Shown here: one piece after another, positions 26,361 through 32,000 of the stretch
Layout of the letters: each line of letters begins with the position of its first letter
Numbering within the stretch: position 1 is the stretch's first letter
Position numbers and translations under genes: made by a program
From: Candidatus Korarchaeum cryptofilum OPF8
Lineage (GTDB): Archaea; Korarchaeota; Korarchaeia; Korarchaeales; Korarchaeaceae
Reading direction: 5' to 3'
Length of the DNA stretch: 32,000 nt
Assembly (NCBI RefSeq): GCF_000019605.1
Contig: NC_010482.1
Coordinates: forward strand, 360,001 to 392,000
The notes under the pieces: generated by a model
What the model was told of the DNA's origin: nothing
What the model saw: only the letters and a program-made list of their open reading frames with translations
Database searches by the model: none

Positions 26361-27089
26361 CTAACCTATGTAAGCAGTCGTAGGCGTTTCCCTGACAGTT
26401 TGGATGGTCTTAGCCATCAATTCCTTCATCTTGAGCCTTATTGTCTCAGATTCGGCCTCCAGCTGAGCTATATCTATGCTGAAACCTAACGCGGGCTCTA
26501 TAGCTTTTAGGAGCTCTGCAGCAGCTCCTGGATCTGGATAGGCGTCGAAGCTCTGCACCATGACTGCGGCAGCTGGTATCCCTCTCCTTATAGCCTCCCT
26601 GAGGAAGTAAGCAGCGTAACCTGATAAATAGCCGCCTTTCATCAACTCCCCACCCATGTTGTTCGCAGCAGCTTTAGCTTCCTCGCTGCTGAATACTATC
26701 ATCACTTGCGGCCTCTCTATGTTCATCCTGTTCTCATCGGGTATACCTCCTATCACCATGACGAGCCTCGGCCTCTTCTTAGCTACCCAGTCGAGGACGG
26801 CTTCCGTCATCCTGAGGAGGGGTTCCACGGGCAGGGGGACCTCCACCTTGACTATGTAGAGGCCCTTCCCACTGTATATCTTGATCGTATGGGATGCGAC
26901 TCCCTCCTTAACCTCTACTACAGGCGGGAATATAGGGGAATCTATCTTCCCGACTTCCTCGAGGCCGGCTGTCCTTATTATGTGATCGGCTGAGATAGTC
27001 CCGACCAAACCGGCTCCGGGGACGGAGAGTATGAGTATGGGATTCCTGACCTCAGGGGCGCTCTCTATTATATCAACGCTCATATGCAT
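26361..27089 (-). CDS. PAC2-family proteasome assembly chaperone (archaeal PbaA/PbaB-like, COG1938)
   Basis: PILILSVPGAGLVGTISADHII, GYLSGYAAYFL and YPDPGAAAELLKAIE are typical of PAC2/DUF75 proteins. Confidence 0.75.
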   Translation of the reverse strand: MHMSVDIIESAPEVRNPILILSVPGAGLVGTISADHIIRTAGLEEVGKIDSPIFPPVVEVKEGVASHTIKIYSGKGLYIVKVEVPLPVEPLLRMTEAVLDWVAKKRPRLVMVIGGIPDENRMNIERPQVMIVFSSEEAKAAANNMGGELMKGGYLSGYAAYFLREAIRRGIPAAAVMVQSFDAYPDPGAAAELLKAIEPALGFSIDIAQLEAESETIRLKMKELMAKTIQTVRETPTTAYIG

Positions 27090-27126
27090 CTAGCGATATC
27101 GCACTACGAAGCTTTAACCTTAACCA

Positions 27127-27219
27127 TCAAAACATTTCCAAATCGAGCCCGAAGGGCGGCTCCCTCAAGATGAATTCATCGACCTTATCTATGAATTCCC
27201 TCCTCTTCCTCCTATGATC
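27127..27219 (-). pseudogene. Displaced 3'-terminal coding remnant of trpS (30 codons plus stop), now out of frame
   Basis: If one 23-nt repeat unit is removed, the trpS frame continues as DHRRKRREFIDKVDEFILREPPFGLDLEMF and ends at TGA 27129-27127. Confidence 0.6.
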
Positions 27220-27265
27220 CTCAATTAGATTTATCAGAATCTCTCAATTAGATTTATCAGAATCT
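27220..27265. repeat. Perfect tandem duplication, 2 x 23 nt (ctcaattagatttatcagaatct)
   Basis: Read directly: 27220-27242 is identical to 27243-27265. The unit length is not a multiple of 3, and the repeat spans the annotated trpS stop codon. Confidence 0.95.
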
Positions 27266-28244
27266 CCTTCGCCCTCCTCTTAGCTTCCTCGCATCCATAA
27301 GCCTTATTCTCGATGTAAGAGGCTAAGGCATCTTCGTAGCCCTGAGTATCGAATGCCCTCAAGTAATGGAGCGATGGAGGGAGCTCGCTGCATGAGGACC
27401 TATCTATCTTCTCAGATACCGAATCCGCTGCATCCGTTAGGAATATAGCTGAGCTAGGGTCACTAGTCCCCATCTTAGGCTCGCCGTTTATCCCGGGGAG
27501 GAAGACTGAGTGTATCAACGCGGGCTCCTCGAGACCGAGCCTCCTAGCTGCTATTAAGGAGGGCATCATGAGGGGGTGCTGATCTACAGCCATGGGGACG
27601 ATGCACCTATACTTCCCCCCGAAGAGCTGAAACATCAGAGCTGGCAATGACTGAAGTAGTGCGTAATACAGTATAGCTGGATTCGATGTATCATCCAGCT
27701 TAATGAAGCTCTTGAGCTCGGCTATCCTGAGCTTCTTAGCTATTATCAAGCTAGCTGGGTAGAGCCAGCTCGACTCACTGTCCCATATTATCTTGACATT
27801 TCCATCGAAGAAGGCCAAGACATCAACTATATTTTCCCTTGCCCATCTCCTAACTTCCCTGAAGCTGAGATCCGGCCTTAGGGAGTACTTCTCATCATCC
27901 GATATCTGGAAGTAAAGAGGGGAATTTAGCTTCTCCTGAATGAACTTAGCTAGCATTAGAGGGACCAAATTTCCTATATGTATAGGTCCTGAAGCTCCTC
28001 TCCCGGTGAATATGTAAGAAGGATCCCCTTCCCTGATCCCGAGGAGGAAGCTCCCCAGATTCTTGTGAGCGAAGAATACATCCCTATCTATGAGGTGATT
28101 ATCCCCCAGGATCTTCCTTATCAAAACCTTAAGATTGGAATCTATCCTCTCTATCCCGAAATCGCATAGGAGCCTCTCATAATCTATTTTATCCCCCCTC
28201 ACTTCCCAGGGCGTCACTCTGAAGCTGGGGAGCATCTCAATCAC
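27234..28244 (-). CDS. trpS: Tryptophanyl-tRNA synthetase (class I), 3' end truncated by a frameshifting duplication
   Basis: Signatures present: VTPWEVRGD-IDYERLL N-terminus, GPIHIGNL (HIGH-type motif), ISDDEKY, AVDQHP, and KMGTS (KMSKS-type). The start is GTG at 28244 or ATG at 28235. Confidence 0.75.
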   Translation of the reverse strand: MIEMLPSFRVTPWEVRGDKIDYERLLCDFGIERIDSNLKVLIRKILGDNHLIDRDVFFAHKNLGSFLLGIREGDPSYIFTGRGASGPIHIGNLVPLMLAKFIQEKLNSPLYFQISDDEKYSLRPDLSFREVRRWARENIVDVLAFFDGNVKIIWDSESSWLYPASLIIAKKLRIAELKSFIKLDDTSNPAILYYALLQSLPALMFQLFGGKYRCIVPMAVDQHPLMMPSLIAARRLGLEEPALIHSVFLPGINGEPKMGTSDPSSAIFLTDAADSVSEKIDRSSCSELPPSLHYLRAFDTQGYEDALASYIENKAYGCEEAKRRAKEILINLIERF

Positions 28245-28716
28245 CTATGAGCTCCATCAACTTCCTGAAGGAGAAGCAGTCCCCAGCTGGGTGGAATCTT
28301 ATCGTAATTATTTTAGGGAACTTCGACCTCACTTTCTCGAGCATGTAGTCCCTGTCATCCACGTATACTACTTCCTCCTCCCTCACCCCTAAGCTCCTCA
28401 GGATCCTCTCCATCATCAGCTGCTTCTCTGGATGCGGCTCTATCATGAGGAGATCGAAGTATTTATCTAAATCGAAGGCCTTGAGGACCTCTAGGGCCTT
28501 ATCGAAGTGGTTCCAGCTGCAAGTCGAGAGCTTTATACCTCTCCTCTTAGCGAATGAGAGGAACTCCCTGACATCATCCCTCAGCGTCACTACCTCGCCG
28601 AATCTGTCCTCTATCATCCTCTCGCTTATCCTCCTGAACGGGGGAGTCAGATCGCTCACGTTGTGATGATCCCAGAGCACTTTATCGAGATCCAACACTA
28701 TCAACTTAGGCCTCAA
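28237..28716 (-). CDS. Magnesium-dependent phosphatase-1 (MDP-1) family HAD phosphatase
   Basis: LIVLDLDKVLWDHH (DxDxxLW), the PPF motif, FDLDKYFD...EPHPEK and VYVDD are present. Confidence 0.8.
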   Translation of the reverse strand: MRPKLIVLDLDKVLWDHHNVSDLTPPFRRISERMIEDRFGEVVTLRDDVREFLSFAKRRGIKLSTCSWNHFDKALEVLKAFDLDKYFDLLMIEPHPEKQLMMERILRSLGVREEEVVYVDDRDYMLEKVRSKFPKIITIRFHPAGDCFSFRKLMELIGD

Positions 28717-29494
28717 TTATACCTCCCCTCTCCCTCAGTTTATTCGATATGAACTCCGATGCAGCTCTAACGTTCCTCTCAGCCTCATCCTCATTCGGGG
28801 ATGATGACGTCACGTTTATCCTCAGGACGGGTCTCATGACCTCCTGGCCGGAGGGATGGCTCTTCACGTAGACATCGTACTTCCTCATTGCTTCCTCTAT
28901 TACGGGAGCTGCATCGGACTCCGGGACCCCCTTGACGATGATATCTAAGCTGCTATAATATAGCTTCGGGGCCCTCGATCTCATCATGTCCTCGACCCTC
29001 TCGAATATATCCATCATCTCAGAAGGTACTCCTGGCAGGACAAGTATGAGGACTTTCCCCTCCTCAACTAAGATCCCGGGGGCCGTCCCCACAGCGTTAT
29101 AAATGGCCTTAGATCCCTCGGGCATCATAGCCATCTTAATCCTGTGCTCAGTTAGAGGGAGGTTCCTCTCAGCGTACTTCCTCTCGACAATCCTTAATGC
29201 TTCCTCATTAATCACATGCTTCCTTCCTAGTGCCTTGGAGAGGCACTCCGAGGTCATGTCATCGAAAGTAGGTCCCAGGCCTCCCGTTGAGACTATTAAG
29301 TCAGCTCCCCTATCTATAGCCAGCCTGAAGGCCCAAGCTATATCATCGCAATCGTCCCTCACCGTTATCGCGCATCTAACTAAGTAGCCATCGATAGTGA
29401 GCTTCTTAGATAGCCAGGAGAGGTTAGAATTGACTATCCTCCCGTTAAGGAGCTCATTACCTACAGAGATTATCCAAGCCTCTGGAAGCCTCAT
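28706..29494 (-). CDS. CinA N-terminal-like / MoCF-binding domain protein (COG1058)
   Basis: AWIISVGNELLNGRIVNSN and DLIVSTGGLGPTFDDMT are typical motifs of this family. Confidence 0.75.
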   Translation of the reverse strand: MRLPEAWIISVGNELLNGRIVNSNLSWLSKKLTIDGYLVRCAITVRDDCDDIAWAFRLAIDRGADLIVSTGGLGPTFDDMTSECLSKALGRKHVINEEALRIVERKYAERNLPLTEHRIKMAMMPEGSKAIYNAVGTAPGILVEEGKVLILVLPGVPSEMMDIFERVEDMMRSRAPKLYYSSLDIIVKGVPESDAAPVIEEAMRKYDVYVKSHPSGQEVMRPVLRINVTSSSPNEDEAERNVRAASEFISNKLRERGGIIEA

Positions 29495-30044
29495 CCCTCA
29501 GCATCACCTCCAGCTTACTTATCCTCAACTTAGCCCTCCTCAGCATTCGGTTAGCGGTCCCCACTATTAAGCGGATCCCCTCGGGATAGACTATATCCCT
29601 CCCCTCCAACCTGAGAGGGACCTCGAGCCTCTCAGTCCCTCTGGCCTCTATAAAGGGCCTGGATAGGTTCATTATGCAGGCTCTCTTGAATCCAGCCTCC
29701 CTCATTATCTTCAGGAGGAAGGTGGAGGCTTCTAAACTGCAGGTGAAAGCGTGTATTATGGGTGGGAGGAGGGCCAGCCATAAGTTAGCTCCCCTCATCC
29801 TGCTCAGGATCTCATCCGGCTCCACTGGTGAGTGCCACTTCCCCAGGCTCACCATATCGAATTTCTCCCCCGGTGCCCTAGCTTCGTAGAGCTGTATCCT
29901 CCCGGAGCAACTGCTAGTAGTGTAGGCGAAGGGGAGGGAGTTTATAGCATCCAGGAGGCTCAAGATATCGGGATCAACCCTGCCTTGAGCTAAGTGAACT
30001 CTCAACCTCTCTAGAGCAGCTCTCTTCCTCTCCTCCCATCCCAA
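29457..30044 (-). CDS. taw3: tRNA wyosine-derivative methyltransferase Taw3 (TYW3 family)
   Basis: VDPDILSLLDAINSLPFAYTTSSCSGRIQL is the hallmark TYW3 motif. Confidence 0.8.
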   Translation of the reverse strand: MGWEERKRAALERLRVHLAQGRVDPDILSLLDAINSLPFAYTTSSCSGRIQLYEARAPGEKFDMVSLGKWHSPVEPDEILSRMRGANLWLALLPPIIHAFTCSLEASTFLLKIMREAGFKRACIMNLSRPFIEARGTERLEVPLRLEGRDIVYPEGIRLIVGTANRMLRRAKLRISKLEVMLRDEASRGLDNLCR

Positions 30045-31208
30045 TCAGAGACCCCTGGCCGCTAGCTCTAAAGCCATCTTGAGTTGAGCTTCCACAGGCC
30101 TGGGGAGGCCCTCTATCTTGACCTCCATGAACCCCCTCACCAATATGCTCTTAGCTTCCTCCTCGCTGAAGCCCTTTGTCATCAAGTAGTAGAGCTGCTC
30201 CTCGCTGAGCCTACCTACGGCAGCCTCATGGGAGAGCTGGACATCATCTATTTTAGCGTCAAGAGCCGGTAGAGTGAGTATCCTGGAGCTATCGGAGAGG
30301 AGGAGCCCATCGCACTCTATGTGCCCCCTAGCACCTCTGCCCTCAGCCGATATCAGGGATCTAGTTATAACATCAGCCCTATCCTTCGTTATCACCTTTG
30401 ATACTATCTCAGCTGACGTATTCTCAGCTCTCAAGAAGACGCTCCCTCCAACGTCCATCTTCGATTCTCTTGGGGCCACTATAACTGAGGAGAGGTAAGC
30501 TTTCGCTCCCTCACCGACTAAATAGACCTTAGGATCCGTCTGGAGGCTGGCTATGGGGCTCATGTTTATGTAGTGGCTGACGTACTCCCCTCCCCTCTCC
30601 ACTATCACTCCGGTCCTTGGCCTCACGTGGGAGGTCGGGGCCCACTGATGTATCATCGTGAAAGTCAGCCTCCCCCCTTCCTTAACGTAGAACTCTGAGA
30701 TGCCAGCGTGCAAGCCCGGAGCCTCAGCGGAGGTAAGGCATCCTGTTATAACGTGGAGCTCCGCTCCCTCCTCCACTATAACTATGTTGTGAGGAGCTTG
30801 TAAGGATCCAGGGGTGGAGAGGAGCAGGCACGATAGGACGGGCTGCTCGACCTTCCTACCCCTCTCGGCTATGAATACGTAGCCCTCATGCCCCCCGAAT
30901 AACTCAGCTGCTGCTGTGTACTTATCAGTATCGACTTTAACGGCATTCCAGAAGTAATCTTGAACTAGCCCCTCCTCTAGAGCCTGAGAGAGGGTCAATA
31001 CCTTGACTCCAGGTATAGAGGGCCTGACCTCAACTGGCCTATTATCTACTTGGATGTAAGAAGCGCTCTCAGGATCTATTCCTATGCTGGAGAGCGCTTC
31101 CAGACCCATAGAAGAACTGGCCCTGGGCTTCAGGAAGTCCTCTATCCTCAAGTCTATCCCATAGGGGGATGGCTTATTCAAAGCTTCCTCAGCCGCTTTC
31201 TTCAACAT
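30045..31208 (-). CDS. SufB/SufD-family Fe-S cluster assembly scaffold protein
   Basis: The C-terminus reads SHEAAVGRLSEEQLYYLMTKGFSEEEAKSILVRGF. I prefer the ATG at 31208, which overlaps the sufC stop as TGATG, over the ORF-track start at 31235. Confidence 0.85.
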   Translation of the reverse strand: MLKKAAEEALNKPSPYGIDLRIEDFLKPRASSSMGLEALSSIGIDPESASYIQVDNRPVEVRPSIPGVKVLTLSQALEEGLVQDYFWNAVKVDTDKYTAAAELFGGHEGYVFIAERGRKVEQPVLSCLLLSTPGSLQAPHNIVIVEEGAELHVITGCLTSAEAPGLHAGISEFYVKEGGRLTFTMIHQWAPTSHVRPRTGVIVERGGEYVSHYINMSPIASLQTDPKVYLVGEGAKAYLSSVIVAPRESKMDVGGSVFLRAENTSAEIVSKVITKDRADVITRSLISAEGRGARGHIECDGLLLSDSSRILTLPALDAKIDDVQLSHEAAVGRLSEEQLYYLMTKGFSEEEAKSILVRGFMEVKIEGLPRPVEAQLKMALELAARGL

Positions 31209-31957
31209 CAGACCACCCTGACGCACCTGAGGCATTCTGAGAACCCGTACTTCTCTATGTCCTCTATCAGATCAGCTGGATTCCCGAAGCACTTCACCTC
31301 CCCATTCAGGATTATATAAGCTCTGTTAGCGTTCCTAACGTGCTTCAATATCTTCCCCATGTGAGTTACTATTATAGCAGATCTCTTCTCCCTCGCCCTA
31401 CTATCGGAAGCTCCAACTATCTCATTTATGACCTTCCCAATTATAGGGAGGCTCTCCAGATCAACTCCGGAGTCAGGTTCATCTAAAAGAGCTAATTTGG
31501 GGTTCTGAGCAGCGAGAAGCAGGAGCTCAACTTTCTTCATCTCCCCTCCGCTGAAGCCCCTGTGGAGCTCCCTATCCAATAGTCTCTCTATCCTCAGCTC
31601 CTCCGAGATCCTCCTGAGAGTATCTTGATCAGTCCCATAAATTTTAGAGAGCCTCTTTATCAGATCCCTGAGCCTAACCCCCTTAAGAGCTGGGGGAATC
31701 TGCATCATGAACCCTATCCCGAGCTTCGCCCTCTCGCTAGCGCTCATCCCAGTTATGTCGATTCCATTGAAGATTATCCTACCGGATACCTCATACCCCG
31801 GCCTCCCCATTATAGCGTGCAGGAGAGTGGATTTCCCAGAGCCGTTGGGCCCTAGCAGGGCGACTATCTCCCCCTCCCCGACTTCGAAGCTGACCTCCCT
31901 CAGTATCTCCCTCTCCCTCACCTTCACGCTCAATTCCTCGACTTTCAGCATGGCCAT
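31208..31957 (-). CDS. sufC: Fe-S cluster assembly ATPase SufC
   Basis: Walker A is GPNGSGKST, the ABC signature is FSGGEMKK, and Walker B is LALLDEPDSGVD. Confidence 0.9.
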   Translation of the reverse strand: MAMLKVEELSVKVREREILREVSFEVGEGEIVALLGPNGSGKSTLLHAIMGRPGYEVSGRIIFNGIDITGMSASERAKLGIGFMMQIPPALKGVRLRDLIKRLSKIYGTDQDTLRRISEELRIERLLDRELHRGFSGGEMKKVELLLLAAQNPKLALLDEPDSGVDLESLPIIGKVINEIVGASDSRAREKRSAIIVTHMGKILKHVRNANRAYIILNGEVKCFGNPADLIEDIEKYGFSECLRCVRVV

Positions 31958-31981
31958 CTAGATTACTAAAGTTATAAAAGA

Positions 31982-31988
31982 TTTAAAC
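31982..31988 (-). promoter_or_regulatory. Candidate TATA box (tttaaat on the minus strand) for the suf operon
   Basis: It is centred about 27 nt upstream of the sufC ATG (31957), which is consistent with a leaderless or near-leaderless transcript. Confidence 0.4.
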
Positions 31989-32000
31989 TTTGTAATCCGA

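Overview
Densely packed chromosomal segment that looks archaeal, probably from a thermophilic Thermoproteota- or Korarchaeota-like organism. Evidence for this: an archaeal/eukaryal-type ATP-dependent DNA ligase, Taw3, a PAC2 proteasome-assembly chaperone, ThyX, AT-rich BRE/TATA-like promoters 25-35 nt upstream of starts, heavy AGG/AGA and ATA codon use, and many 1-4 nt start/stop overlaps. I support 38 protein-coding genes. I found no rRNA, tRNA, CRISPR array, transposase or integrase.

Most genes are housekeeping:
- gltD-like fragment, rnhB, thyX, Zn-ADH, tRNA-binding protein, DapA-family aldolase
- DHH-PfkB-TrmO operon, acyP, htpX, adenine deaminase, DNA ligase
- sHSP, PAC2, trpS, MDP-1, CinA-like, taw3, sufBD, sufC

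The least ordinary part is 3.3-8.7 kb. It contains:
- a roughly 320-bp very AT-rich spacer
- a stand-alone LysW-like zinc-ribbon carrier protein with an unusually long (EEW)n tail ending in Phe
- a convergent HTH + degenerate phosphoribosyltransferase-like regulator
- divergent from that regulator, a start/stop-overlapping four-gene operon (PLP fold-type-II enzyme, DUF1611 P-loop protein, 479-aa PP-loop ATP pyrophosphatase with an unassigned N-domain, GNAT) that I cannot place in a known pathway

Other notable points:
- A perfect 23-bp tandem duplication frameshifts and truncates the 3' end of the TrpRS gene.
- A Zn-ribbon/winged-helix/degenerate AAA+ protein.
- An orphan gamma-class N6-adenine methyltransferase co-transcribed with a 78-aa ORF.
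- A solitary radical SAM/SPASM enzyme.
- ThyX carries a roughly 95-aa insertion.

All functional calls rest on motifs read in the supplied translations and on remembered family signatures. No database search was possible.
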